The translations under genes were made by a program, and so were the position numbers. A DNA stretch of 64,000 bases from Thermoplasmata archaeon (lineage in GTDB: Archaea > Thermoplasmatota > Thermoplasmata > GCA-020350865): the NCBI GenBank assembly GCA_020348445.1, contig CP070751.1, positions 516,594 to 580,593 of the forward strand, in the 5' to 3' direction. How positions within the stretch are numbered: the first letter of the stretch is position 1; each line of letters begins with the position of its first letter. This document shows positions 53,605 through 63,999 of the stretch, in pieces. Under the pieces are notes generated by a model. It searched no databases. It was not told the origin of the DNA and worked only from the letters and a program-made list of their open reading frames with translations.

Positions 53605-53841
53605 ATGAGGCCAGAGACCGAAAAAATTACAATACGTGTGCCTACAAAGTTCGTTTCCGCCTTGGACTTCCTAGTGGAAGTAGATGACTTCCCTTCGAGG
53701 TCAGAGGCGATACGCGCTGCCATTCGCGATTTGGTCTATTCCCGAGTTGAATTGGTGATGGACAAAATCAAGAAGATGCAAGAAGCAGAACAAACACTTT
53801 CTGCGATGAAGGAATTCGAAAGCGAGTTCCTAAAAAAATAG
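53605..53841 (+). CDS. Ribbon-helix-helix (CopG/NikR-like, CdrS-like) transcriptional regulator
   Basis: EKITIRVP...LDFLVEVDDFPSRSEAIRAAIRDLV. Confidence 0.88.
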   Translation: MRPETEKITIRVPTKFVSALDFLVEVDDFPSRSEAIRAAIRDLVYSRVELVMDKIKKMQEAEQTLSAMKEFESEFLKK

Positions 53842-53960
53842 GATGGTAAAAAGCAAGCCTTGTCAGAGGGATCACGACTCTACACCAATTATTCGGATGG
53901 GAAGTGACAGGACAATAAACTAGTGTAAACTCACAAGTTCAGGATTACCCTCCCCCCTTA

Positions 53961-53994
53961 AGGATGCTGGGAAAACCTGGCATCCTCTTTTTTT
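53961..53994 (+). terminator. Stem-loop plus T7 tract (intrinsic-terminator-like)
   Basis: AGGATGC-TGGG-AAAA-CCTG-GCATCCT followed by CTTTTTTT: 7 perfect bp extended to 11 with G-U pairs. Confidence 0.65.
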
Positions 53995-54153
53995 CTGTTT
54001 TGTATTTACCTGTGAATTTACTATAATTGATTACTATTGAAATCGTAAATTCACATTGGAAAACCAAGGGATAAGCTGGAAGGATGGAGGATTGGGATTG
54101 ATTTAGAAAAAGGATTATATGATTTGCTTCTTATTGGGGAGGCGGGAATTTGT

Positions 54154-55797
54154 ATGCAGAAAGAGATTAAGGCCCATCGGGGGACGCAGATTTCATGCAA
54201 AGGCTGGAGGCAGGAAGCATTTCTAAGAATGCTGCAGAATAATCTGGAGAATGCAGAAAAACCTCAGGAGCTCATCGTCTACGGGGGAACTGGCAAGGCA
54301 GCTCGAAACTGGGAATGTTACGAGAAGATAGAAGAGAGCCTTAAGAATCTTGAGAAGGATGAAACTCTCCTTGTTCAATCAGGAAAACCAGTAGGAGTCT
54401 TCAAGACCTTTGAAAATTCTCCCAGGGTGCTTATCGCAAACTCAAATCTCGTACCTGCATGGTCAAACTGGGAGATTTTCAACGACCTTGAAAAACAGGG
54501 TTTGATGATGTACGGCCAGATGACAGCAGGCTCATGGTGCTATATCGGAACCCAGGGAATAATCCAAGGCACCTACGAGACCTTTGCGGCAGTTGCAAAA
54601 AAACATTTTGGTGGTTCATTAAAAGGAAAGTTCGTTTTATCAGGTGGATTAGGTGGAATGGGGGGTGCTCAGCCCTTGGCAATTACCATGAATTTCGGCG
54701 TGGCCTTGGTGGTGGAGGTTGATAAGAATAGAATAGAAAGGAGATTGAAAGCAGGCTTCTGTCACGAGATGGTAGGAGACTTGAATGAGGCCTTGGAGAT
54801 TGTCAGCAATGCTAAAGAGGAAGGGGAGCCTAAATCTGTTGGCCTTATTGGAAATACCGCCGATATTCATACAGAACTGGTAAAACGGGGTATCGTACCT
54901 GATGTTGTGACAGACCAGACGTCCGCCCATGACGAGCTCAACGGGTACGTCCCTGGGGGTATGAGTTTTGAGGAGGCCCTTGAACTGAGAAAAAATGACC
55001 CAAAGAAATATATAAATCTCTCTTTCGAGAGTATGGCAAGGCATGTCAAGGCGATTTTGGAATTCCAAAAAAAAGGAGCTATTGCATTTGACTATGGAAA
55101 CAATCTGCGGGGACAGGCAGAGAAGGCAGGTGTAAAAAATGCTTTTGATTATCCCGGCTTTGTACTGGAGTACATCAGGCCAATGTTCTGTGAGGGAAGG
55201 GGACCTTTTAGATGGCTTGCACTTTCTGGAGAGCCCGAAGACATATTGAAAACCGATGAAATTGTTATTAAAGAATTCCCAGAGAACCAGCAGCTAATAA
55301 ACTGGATTAAATTGGCTGAAAAGCATCTGCCTTGGGAAGGCCTGCCGGCAAGGGTTTGCTGGCTGGGATATGGAGAAAGAGCGCATTTTGCAAAGATCAT
55401 AAACAGCATGGTGGGTTCTGGAGAGCTCTCGGGACCCATTGCCATAACCAGGGATCATCTTGACTGCGGTTCAGTTGCCTCACCTAATAGAGAAACCGAA
55501 GATATGAAGGACGGCACAGATGCAGTTGCCGATTGGCCCCTTCTCAATGCACTTTTAAATTGCGCGGCAGGAGCTGATTCTATTTCAGTCCACAACGGTG
55601 GTGGAGTGGGAATCGGTCTTTCCACACATGCGGGGATGGTTGTTGTGGCAGATGGATCCAAAGAGGCAGAAGAGAGAATCGAGAGGGTATTTACAACTGA
55701 TCCAGGTATTGGCATAGTGAGGCATGCGGATGCTGGATACGATAAGGCAGTGGAGATTGCAAAAAAAAGTGGAATTAAGATGCCTATGTTACCATAA
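54154..55797 (+). CDS. hutU: Urocanate hydratase
   Basis: [58 protein letters not shown] and [15 protein letters not shown] motifs. Confidence 0.97.
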   Translation: MQKEIKAHRGTQISCKGWRQEAFLRMLQNNLENAEKPQELIVYGGTGKAARNWECYEKIEESLKNLEKDETLLVQSGKPVGVFKTFENSPRVLIANSNLVPAWSNWEIFNDLEKQGLMMYGQMTAGSWCYIGTQGIIQGTYETFAAVAKKHFGGSLKGKFVLSGGLGGMGGAQPLAITMNFGVALVVEVDKNRIERRLKAGFCHEMVGDLNEALEIVSNAKEEGEPKSVGLIGNTADIHTELVKRGIVPDVVTDQTSAHDELNGYVPGGMSFEEALELRKNDPKKYINLSFESMARHVKAILEFQKKGAIAFDYGNNLRGQAEKAGVKNAFDYPGFVLEYIRPMFCEGRGPFRWLALSGEPEDILKTDEIVIKEFPENQQLINWIKLAEKHLPWEGLPARVCWLGYGERAHFAKIINSMVGSGELSGPIAITRDHLDCGSVASPNRETEDMKDGTDAVADWPLLNALLNCAAGADSISVHNGGGVGIGLSTHAGMVVVADGSKEAEERIERVFTTDPGIGIVRHADAGYDKAVEIAKKSGIKMPMLP

Positions 55798-55858
55798 AAA
55801 TAGAGGAATATAATGCACGGGATCAGGGTCTTGCACAATTTATTTTGGAGGAGCAATC

Positions 55859-56617
55859 TTGACATCTGAAAATGAAAAAGATGAACAAAGATTGTACCAT
55901 GACCTTGCTTGGGTATGGCCAATTATCAGCCCTCCTGAGGATTACATCGAAGAGGCTGAGCTTATTGCAAAGAGTATTTTGAAGGCCTCGAAAATTCCTG
56001 TAAAAACACTTCTTAACCTCGGTTGCGGAGGGGGACATGAGGATTATACATTGAAGAAATATTTTACTATTACAGGGGTGGATGTAAGCGAAAACATGCT
56101 TGAGATCGCAAGGAACCTGAATCCTGAAAATACCTATTGTCAAGGTGATTGGAAAACAGTTTCTTTAAATAAACTCTTTGATTCAGTTATCGCCACTTCA
56201 CTAATCTATGTGAAGAGTGAAGAGGAACTTCGCATAACCTTTCTCAATGTTATTAAACATCTGAAACCAGGGGGCGTCTTCATAACTTTTGCCGAGAAAT
56301 TGAAAGGATCTTTTCAACAAAACGATACCATTTGCTCAACTCATAAAAAGGACGATGTGGAAATCACTTTTTTAGAGAATTATTATGATCCCGATCCCTC
56401 TGGTACCATCTTGGAGGCAACATTTATTTATCTGATTCGAAGAAATGGCAAACTTGATGTCCAAAAAGATAGTCATCTGTGCGGCATCTTTCCATTGGAT
56501 ACCTGGCTTGAAATTTTAAAAGAGGTGGGATTTGATGTGGAGACAAAGATAGTAAAGCTTTCAGTTGCTACAGTTAAAGAATCTTTTCCAATGTTGGTCT
56601 GTACAAAACCTTTATGA
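55859..56617 (+). CDS. Class I SAM-dependent methyltransferase
   Basis: Motif I LLNLGCGGG, TGVDVSENML, QGDW and HLKPGGVFI. Confidence 0.9.
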   Translation: MTSENEKDEQRLYHDLAWVWPIISPPEDYIEEAELIAKSILKASKIPVKTLLNLGCGGGHEDYTLKKYFTITGVDVSENMLEIARNLNPENTYCQGDWKTVSLNKLFDSVIATSLIYVKSEEELRITFLNVIKHLKPGGVFITFAEKLKGSFQQNDTICSTHKKDDVEITFLENYYDPDPSGTILEATFIYLIRRNGKLDVQKDSHLCGIFPLDTWLEILKEVGFDVETKIVKLSVATVKESFPMLVCTKPL

Positions 56618-56922
56618 TGGCCTACAATGAGTACCAAAATTCCTTGTCTTATGATTTTTTAAAAAATATAAACACAACATACCAAATTTGTCGGTCCCTT
56701 TGTTGGTGAATATCATGGTTATAACCACATCATTTTTATATATAGGTAGTAAAAAAACATAAAGATTGGCATGTTTTTTTTGTTAGTTTTTTTCTTTTTT
56801 ATTGAATATGATTTGGTGTAAAATCAGGTTATAACCACACCAGGTATAAATATGGTGATTGTCATAATATGCCATGATACGAGATATCAATGTTGATCTC
56901 AAAAAATCAAGAGGGTGTTAAG

Positions 56923-58578
56923 ATGGGTGAAAAGGTCAAGATAAAGAAGATATGGAATGAAGATGGTGTCACGGAAATTTACGGTGATCTGCTCATATTG
57001 GGCATAACAATGACTCTGTTTACAGGTATTTTTCTCTTCGTGTATACGATGCCCGCACCAGAAAAAGGTGTTTCCGCGGAGTTCGATTCTGCATTCGAGT
57101 TTTGTTCCGGAGGAGGAACCATCAATGTAACCCATATGAGTGGAGAGACATTGCTTGGGGAATATACGAGAATCTTGCTAACAAAAAACTTTGATGAGGA
57201 GATCAGGATTTTAAATACGCAAGGCTCTGATTTGGACAATCCTTTCTACGGTATCGAGGGCGATCTCAATTGGGACCCACAGGAGAGATGGAGCTATTTC
57301 TATAAAGACATTGTATCAAGTGATGACCTGCAGATTTCTGTAGTTGATATAAAATCGGGCGTGAACGTCATGAAATCCAATTTGTACGGCTCAGGTTTTA
57401 ATTCCCCTCCCATAATCATGGAAAGAGGTTATAATCCTGTGCCTGTAATTAATGGCAGCGAGGTAGTTATAAATTCGAAAGTGTTCGATCCCAATGGTCA
57501 CTATGATATAGATTCAGTTTATTTCAATGCATCAGTATTAAATCATGAACTTGGAAATGTGGAATTGACTGATGGGGATGGAGATGGAATCTTTCAGGGA
57601 AATGCCATGATCACAAGTGGGGGTGGTAACTACAATCTAACCATCGTTGCCCAGGATATGGAGGGTAAAATGGAGAAGAGAAGGCTTCATATCCAGGTGA
57701 TGGATGCATCAAGACCAATTGTAGAGTTCATAACAATAGAGCCAAATAGTGTGGAAGCAAAAAAGGAGTTTGCGATAAGGGCGGTTGTGGTGGACCTGGA
57801 GGATGATTTGAATTTCTCTGATATCACAATTACACCTGAGCAAATATTCTATGATAACCTCGGTACAATAGAAACATCATTATCACTGGTTGATGAAATT
57901 CCAAATGGGGGGATATTTGAAACAACGGGTTCTTCTCCTACAAACGAAAGGTTTTACAACATGACTCTTAAAGCATACGATTATTCCGGCCTTGTTACCA
58001 CCAAAATAATAAATCTTGCAGTTATTGAGGATGCGGCTTTTGGGAACGGTTCCTTCAACGACACCATATGGGCTTACCTGGGTCCCGAGAGTTTGGATTT
58101 TAAAAAATTTTATTACACTATTGACGATCCACCTACCAATTCGTCAACGTATCATCTTGCCGTATATATCCAAGAAGAGCACATAGGTGATGACTGCTTT
58201 TTACATGTCAATATCATCAATCATTACTATGAGGATGTTTACATAGACGGTAATTCAAAGATAAGGCTCCTTCAAATTGGAGGAGCAGCATCCAACAAGG
58301 ATCTTGGCATCGTGCAGAATGGATCCAGTTTTGGTGATCCTGTAGGTACAATCCCTGATGGTTCGTGGTACAGAATACATGCCCCTTCCGATGGAAATTA
58401 CTTTAAGGGAGGCGATCCAGTATCGTTGGTGTTCGGACCATTTGACATGAGCTCTGCAAATGAAAATGATGTATTTGGCTCGATTTTGGTACTTACTGGA
58501 AGCTTTGGATCGGAAAGCATAACACCTGAAGACAGGTACGGCCAGACTATACCTTTTCAGGCTATAGTGATCGCTTGA
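56923..58578 (+). CDS. Large archaeal type IV pilin-like protein (class III signal peptide, Pilin_N) with extra Ig-like domains
   Basis: Basic leader KKIWNEDG followed by the hydrophobic stem VTEIYGDLLILGITMTLFTGIFLFV; NVTHMSGE; LTDGDGDGIF; ATG 56923 with a GAGGGTG RBS. Confidence 0.8.
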   Translation: MGEKVKIKKIWNEDGVTEIYGDLLILGITMTLFTGIFLFVYTMPAPEKGVSAEFDSAFEFCSGGGTINVTHMSGETLLGEYTRILLTKNFDEEIRILNTQGSDLDNPFYGIEGDLNWDPQERWSYFYKDIVSSDDLQISVVDIKSGVNVMKSNLYGSGFNSPPIIMERGYNPVPVINGSEVVINSKVFDPNGHYDIDSVYFNASVLNHELGNVELTDGDGDGIFQGNAMITSGGGNYNLTIVAQDMEGKMEKRRLHIQVMDASRPIVEFITIEPNSVEAKKEFAIRAVVVDLEDDLNFSDITITPEQIFYDNLGTIETSLSLVDEIPNGGIFETTGSSPTNERFYNMTLKAYDYSGLVTTKIINLAVIEDAAFGNGSFNDTIWAYLGPESLDFKKFYYTIDDPPTNSSTYHLAVYIQEEHIGDDCFLHVNIINHYYEDVYIDGNSKIRLLQIGGAASNKDLGIVQNGSSFGDPVGTIPDGSWYRIHAPSDGNYFKGGDPVSLVFGPFDMSSANENDVFGSILVLTGSFGSESITPEDRYGQTIPFQAIVIA

Positions 58579-58746
58579 GTATCACTTTTGAAATTTACGA
58601 TTTCAAGACAATCCAGAAGTAGAATGTACCTGTTATATACTATTGGTACATTAGCAATTATGAAAATCACCGTTAAATCCCGGTTCAAAATTATTATATA
58701 TATCCCAAATCGTTCTGAAAATTCCAATATCCTGGTGCGAGTTGAA

Positions 58747-59034
58747 ATGGCGATGAGAACCATACCAAAGGAAATAACAAGGAAATTATCAACAAAAGAA
58801 ATTAAATTGGCCCGGCAGATGTATAATGTAGGCATGGAAGCAGGTGAGTACATGACCAACGTTGGTTTGGCTTGGGCTGATTTTAAAAAGAACGAAATAT
58901 TGACGTTCATAAACAGTGACCCCGAGATGGCGAATTTTTTTAATGAGGTATTTGAGAGGGGAAAATCAATGGGTGAGAGAAGGAAGCATAAAAATAGATT
59001 TTTTGACATCTCATCTATAGGTAAAGAAAGGTGA
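58747..59034 (+). CDS. Hypothetical protein (~95 aa); the track ORF from 58588 is probably over-extended
   Basis: TATATA-like element near 58692-58703; protein-like composition from MAMRTIP onward; 24-nt convergent overlap with the next gene. Confidence 0.5.
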   Translation: MAMRTIPKEITRKLSTKEIKLARQMYNVGMEAGEYMTNVGLAWADFKKNEILTFINSDPEMANFFNEVFERGKSMGERRKHKNRFFDISSIGKER

Positions 59035-60297
59035 TCTTAACAGAATCCTTCCCATAAGGTAGGTATCTCTTGCCTCTATAATCTCAATCTCAAAAAAATT
59101 ACTGAGCGCAACATCATCCTCAACAACAACAGGTAAGTATGAATCTGTTCTTCCCATCATGGTTTTGTTCTTTCCCGGCTCTGTAACAAGGATCTGTTCC
59201 CTTTTTCCCACAAATCCCTCGTTTATGTTGCGGGATATGTCAGAATGAATCTTGGTTATTGCCCTTGATCTGTCCTTCGCAATTCTGCTTGGGATCTGGT
59301 GGTCCATTTCCATTGCTATTGTTTTTGGCCTGGGGGAGAATCTAGTGATGTTTAGAATATTTGGTTTTAATTTTTCCACCAGTTGCACAGTCTTAGTAAA
59401 ATCATCATCTGTTTCCCCAGGGAATCCAACTATAATATCAGTGGAAATAGTGATGTTGGGAAAGGTTTTTCTTGCCTGGTTCACAACGTAAAAAAAGTCA
59501 TCTATCATGTACTTTCTTCCCATACGTTTTAATACATCTTCACTTCCACTTTGAACTGGTATATGAAGAAACTTGTAGATTCTTGAGTCCTTGTATGCAT
59601 TCAATACCTCATCCAAAATCGGAATCAGATTATTTGGATTCATCATCCCGATTCTTACCCTGAAATCACCTCTTAATTTCTGGATTTCATTGAGTAAGAA
59701 AGGCAAGTTAAAATTGATGTCCAAACCGTATATTGCATTGTCCTGGGAAGTGAGCCTTATTTCCTTATTGCCTTTGGCCAGGGCTTCTTTTATTTCTTTG
59801 ATAAGCACCTCAGGAGGGCGGCTTCTTAAGTCTCCCCTTGCTATCTTTGTTATGCAGTATGTGCAGCTTCCAAAGCACCCGCTGGAAATGGGTATTATGG
59901 CTTCAGTTGTTTTCTTATCATAATCTAGTGATTCAGTTGATGCTTTCCCATCAATTGGCCTTTCTTTTGAAAGCTCATCTGCAATTGCTCCTATCCTTTT
60001 TAAATCCTGAGGAACAAGAATATGGGCATCTGGATTGAGTTCCAATATCTGATCCTCTTGTACAGATGCCATACAACCTGCAACCACAACAGATTTTCTT
60101 GTCTTTGAATATGCTCTAATTCTTTTTTTCATCTTGAGTTCTGTGGTCTCTATGACCGTACAGGTCACTAAAACCAGGGCATCTGATTGTGTAATGTCAT
60201 CCACAATAACATGACCTTTTTCTTTGAGAATACCTTCCATTTGCCTTGCTTCACCCTGGTTCATCGTGCATCCATAGGACTCAAAATAGAACCTCAT
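59011..60297 (-). CDS. mtaB: tRNA t6A37 methylthiotransferase (archaeal MtaB/CDKAL1-like radical SAM + TRAM)
   Basis: YGCTMN, TCTVI, GCFGSCTYC, HIPVQSGS and DIIVGFPGET motifs; C-terminal TRAM domain. Confidence 0.88.
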   Translation of the reverse strand: MRFYFESYGCTMNQGEARQMEGILKEKGHVIVDDITQSDALVLVTCTVIETTELKMKKRIRAYSKTRKSVVVAGCMASVQEDQILELNPDAHILVPQDLKRIGAIADELSKERPIDGKASTESLDYDKKTTEAIIPISSGCFGSCTYCITKIARGDLRSRPPEVLIKEIKEALAKGNKEIRLTSQDNAIYGLDINFNLPFLLNEIQKLRGDFRVRIGMMNPNNLIPILDEVLNAYKDSRIYKFLHIPVQSGSEDVLKRMGRKYMIDDFFYVVNQARKTFPNITISTDIIVGFPGETDDDFTKTVQLVEKLKPNILNITRFSPRPKTIAMEMDHQIPSRIAKDRSRAITKIHSDISRNINEGFVGKREQILVTEPGKNKTMMGRTDSYLPVVVEDDVALSNFFEIEIIEARDTYLMGRILLRSPFFTYR

Positions 60298-60323
60298 TTC
60301 TTCACCTTAACATATTATGATCT

Positions 60324-61631
60324 TCAATCGAAAAGTACCTTTTTTACAACCTTCTCCACCTTAGTCACATATCTAGGCGAAGATGAAACCATGATCTCCC
60401 AGTCATATACCTCTCTGACCTCCAGGGCCCTTGCCAAGGGACTGAAACGGGAAAGGGGAGCCAACTTGTCGTTGTCCAGTATTTTTACGTTCGTTGCCCT
60501 GATTCTCGGCTCAGATATCTGCAGTTCCTTTTCTGGAACATCGATGATCACATATCCATTGGGTACCTGGGCCCTTCTGCAGATTTCTTCCTCTTTTTTC
60601 CTTCTTTGCTTTGGCTCCTTCAGCTCTTTTATTACCCGCATTTCAGTGTCACTGGCCTGTCCTTTGGTCAATGTGAAGGCCCTTTTAAACAGCTTCCTGA
60701 ACTTGAGCATCGAGGCGATTTCCTTCTGAAAACCTCCGTGCTCCTTCAATCTCGCCATGAGCTCGGAGTCGTTCATCTCGTGAATTTCACCAAGTGGTTC
60801 ATCTAGTAATTCCACGGCCCTTGCAAGCATGAGCTCGGCTATGCGCACTGTTTTATGGAAGTAAACCGAGGTGTACATCAGAGCACGGGCAACGAGCATC
60901 CCTTCGACTGCTGGAACCCCCCGCTTGTGAACCACAAGATCGTTGTTGAATATCTCCATAGTCTGGATCAACCTGTCTATGTCGATTGTGCCATGGGCAA
61001 CCCCCGTGTAAAAAGAATCCCTTAAAAGGTAATCTATCTGATCCGCATCGATTGCACCGTGAATCATCTGGGAAATGTATCTCTTTTCGTTGAAGAATTT
61101 CTGGTTCTTGTGTGTCGGAAAATCCTCGATCTTTGTTGAACCATCGTTCGCACTGTAACCAAATATGAGGCTCGCCACATCCTCGGGATCTAGATCGTAT
61201 TTCTCAAGAAGATCAGGTATGTAATCTCGATTTTTATCGGGTTCATCATCAGATAGTATCCTGCGCTTGCCCAATATGATTTCTTTTGTTATGTCCATGT
61301 GATCGGCCTGCATATCGCTGTGAACCGCGATCTCCAGTGTATGGGAATAGGGACTGTGTCCTATGTCATGGAGCATTGCAGCCGCCATTGCCAATTTTTT
61401 TTCATCTTCCAAAAGACCCAGTGAATCGGCAATTCTGCTTGCCACAAAACAGGTGCCAATTGAATGCTCCAATCGGGTGTGATTCGCGCCTGGGAAGACT
61501 AAATATGCCAATCCAAGCTGATTTATTCCGTGAAGTCTTTGTATCTCGGGAGTCTCCAGCAAATCAAGGAACAGGCCCTGGAGCTTTATGCTGCCATGAA
61601 CTGTATCATGGATGATCTTGTAATCGGGCAT
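60324..61631 (-). CDS. HD-domain phosphohydrolase (dNTPase/SAMHD1-like archaeal family)
   Basis: IHDTVHG, QRLHGINQLG, HTRLEHSIG, LHDIGHSPYSH and DADQIDYLLRDS motifs. Confidence 0.92.
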   Translation of the reverse strand: MPDYKIIHDTVHGSIKLQGLFLDLLETPEIQRLHGINQLGLAYLVFPGANHTRLEHSIGTCFVASRIADSLGLLEDEKKLAMAAAMLHDIGHSPYSHTLEIAVHSDMQADHMDITKEIILGKRRILSDDEPDKNRDYIPDLLEKYDLDPEDVASLIFGYSANDGSTKIEDFPTHKNQKFFNEKRYISQMIHGAIDADQIDYLLRDSFYTGVAHGTIDIDRLIQTMEIFNNDLVVHKRGVPAVEGMLVARALMYTSVYFHKTVRIAELMLARAVELLDEPLGEIHEMNDSELMARLKEHGGFQKEIASMLKFRKLFKRAFTLTKGQASDTEMRVIKELKEPKQRRKKEEEICRRAQVPNGYVIIDVPEKELQISEPRIRATNVKILDNDKLAPLSRFSPLARALEVREVYDWEIMVSSSPRYVTKVEKVVKKVLFD

Positions 61632-61719
61632 GGGATTGGAAAAGCATAAACGTTGTATTTATGGTTGTCGGAGATGTAGTCTCAGGACTAGCCGACATTC
61701 TTGTCACTTATCATCCCTA

Positions 61720-63999
61720 TTATGTCACTTGTATTAATATGAAATTATGCGAAATCCAATTTTCCTCCTCACCAGGCGGCCCTACATAAACGGGCTCTCC
61801 GGTTGCGAAATCCCAATACCAATACATATCGTCGTCGATAATCTGCAAATCCACATAGTACAAGCCAGTTTCATTCCAAACATGCGATATTGTAGGTATA
61901 TCCTCATTGCAACTTCCAAGATAATCCCAATCTGTGATGGTACCGTCTCCAAAATCCCATCTATATGCAAACCATTCCGTGGGCTGGCACATAGCGGGAT
62001 CAGATACTTTATATCCTTCGAAATCGTGGGGCTCGTCTACCCTTGCTGTATCAGAGGATTGACCCACTGCTGCTGGGAACTCGTTGTAAATGGTAAGCTC
62101 TTCTGTGGCACTACCTAGACCATTTATTATGTTTATTTTTAGCTGATAGAATTTTATATTATCAATTGCCCATGTACCACCATTCTCGATTACAGCCCTG
62201 AACCTCAAACACACATCAGAATGACCTCCAAGGAAGGAAACATCGAAAGTCATCATATCTGTGAAATCAGAGGGAGGCATCTCCCAGATCAAGTTCCAAT
62301 TGGACCCTCCATCGGAACTTGCTTCAATATAGCCATTCTGTATTCCGAAACCCCAATTTTCCCATTCAGTTTCAAATTCCAATATGATCTGTTCATTAAG
62401 GTCGGTTAGATCAAAGTGAATAGAAGACAAAATTCCGGTACTGTTGGTTATCGCCCAATAACCACCTGTTGAATCAGGATCAAGTCTCCATCCACCACTT
62501 CCACTCCAGCATGGGGGCCATTCTTCTGAAGGGAAGTCTGTCTCACAGATGATAGTTTCACATGGAACATTTCTATTGTGGTCGTCGTCTCTTACCTGCA
62601 CCTCAACTTGGAAGATATCCCAAGGAGTCATGGTTTCTGGGTGGTCATCTGCATAGATATGTGTTATTGGATCCAATTGAATGGGCATATCCAATGGATT
62701 GGGAGGTGGTTGTCCTGAAGTCCATACAATCGCGTTAGCTATCAATTCTACCCAGTCGTCATCTACATGGGTAGCTATTGGGTAGAATTGAAGTGCACAG
62801 GATCTGGCATCATTTGGAAATTCTTTTACAGCTGCAAGTACAGTACCATCTGTCCAATCTACAATCCTTATTGCACCGGGAGTAACGCTTATTGCATTAT
62901 ATCTGTAAAATGCTCTTACATTTGAAACGCCCTCTAATATTGGATGGTCGACCTCGTATATAGTTCCCTTATCTGCCCAGCCAAAGTTTAAGGAGCTAAA
63001 CTCCACAGCATTGTATTGATCATCTTTGAATCTCCCTTTTATTCCAAATGGACCATTATCCAAAGCAGCACACATCGTAATCACATTACCTCCAAAATCC
63101 ATATAATCAGCCAGAACATCCCCCACATCCTCTGCAACAGACATTGAAGGAGCATAGTTTGTGCCAACAATAACTACATCATAATTTAAAAGAAGTGCCA
63201 AAGTAGGTGCAGCATCATTGCCAAATGGACCGAAATCATAATCATCGATAATCCTGCAACAAGGAGGACTATTCTCTTCCAGAGTAACCTTGAAATCATC
63301 GATAATATCAGTCCATGTATGGAGTATGAGAATGTCCGCTCCTCCTGCATACTTTTGTATTGGATACCATTCTGTTGCCGTACCATCTCCGAAAATCCAT
63401 CTGTATTCCCAGGTATCGCACGTACCTGGATCGATAAACGAAGCTGTAAACTCAACCTCTTCTCCTTCATAGGCAGGATTTGGAGTCATGGCAATTTCGC
63501 CTACAATGGGGGGTCTATTTGTTACCCATACATCTGCGGTATCCTCGCATATCTCAAGTAATGTCTCATTCCAACCTATATGTATATCCACCATAGGAAG
63601 GGGTGAGTCGCCAATATATATACTCGGGAACGATATGCTCCAAAAATAATATGCTCCAGTTGGCTCTACACAATGATTTGGTCCTGGATTTTCTACTGCC
63701 GGGCATTCGCGACCATAGTAGCTTATACTCACTCTGTAATATCTGCCAGCTAAAAGTGGGACATCGGGAATATCGTACCAGTTCCATTGGTCGGGAATCC
63801 CCCATGGGTACCATACCTGGCGTAGGAGGACTCCATTATCTGTCCAAAGGCGGAGGTTGTATACGTAGTATTGGGACAAGGAATCATAATATCCAAGTTC
63901 TTTTACCCAACAATCCTTAAATACCTCAAACCGCCATCCAACTGTTTTTATCATTGGTGTTGGCACCATGGATGTAGTCGGGTCTGCTTCACCTAACAC
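61720..63999 (-). CDS. PKD-domain mosaic surface protein, C-terminal part (5' end outside window)
   Basis: The frame is open at the right edge. PKD motifs WIFGDG and YRWDFGDG...HVWNETGLYYVDLQIIDDD; DUF4082-like, GATase/ThuA-like and jelly-roll (WAIDNIKF) domains. Confidence 0.85.
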   Translation of the reverse strand: MLGEADPTTSMVPTPMIKTVGWRFEVFKDCWVKELGYYDSLSQYYVYNLRLWTDNGVLLRQVWYPWGIPDQWNWYDIPDVPLLAGRYYRVSISYYGRECPAVENPGPNHCVEPTGAYYFWSISFPSIYIGDSPLPMVDIHIGWNETLLEICEDTADVWVTNRPPIVGEIAMTPNPAYEGEEVEFTASFIDPGTCDTWEYRWIFGDGTATEWYPIQKYAGGADILILHTWTDIIDDFKVTLEENSPPCCRIIDDYDFGPFGNDAAPTLALLLNYDVVIVGTNYAPSMSVAEDVGDVLADYMDFGGNVITMCAALDNGPFGIKGRFKDDQYNAVEFSSLNFGWADKGTIYEVDHPILEGVSNVRAFYRYNAISVTPGAIRIVDWTDGTVLAAVKEFPNDARSCALQFYPIATHVDDDWVELIANAIVWTSGQPPPNPLDMPIQLDPITHIYADDHPETMTPWDIFQVEVQVRDDDHNRNVPCETIICETDFPSEEWPPCWSGSGGWRLDPDSTGGYWAITNSTGILSSIHFDLTDLNEQIILEFETEWENWGFGIQNGYIEASSDGGSNWNLIWEMPPSDFTDMMTFDVSFLGGHSDVCLRFRAVIENGGTWAIDNIKFYQLKINIINGLGSATEELTIYNEFPAAVGQSSDTARVDEPHDFEGYKVSDPAMCQPTEWFAYRWDFGDGTITDWDYLGSCNEDIPTISHVWNETGLYYVDLQIIDDDMYWYWDFATGEPVYVGPPGEEENWISHNFILIQVT

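Noticed and set aside
54049-54153. Open frame upstream of hutU ([23 protein letters not shown]) faintly like the C-terminus of NAD-dependent epimerases
   Set aside because: About 35 codons, no start codon until a TTG, and the similarity is only by eye. It cannot be called a pseudogene without a profile search.
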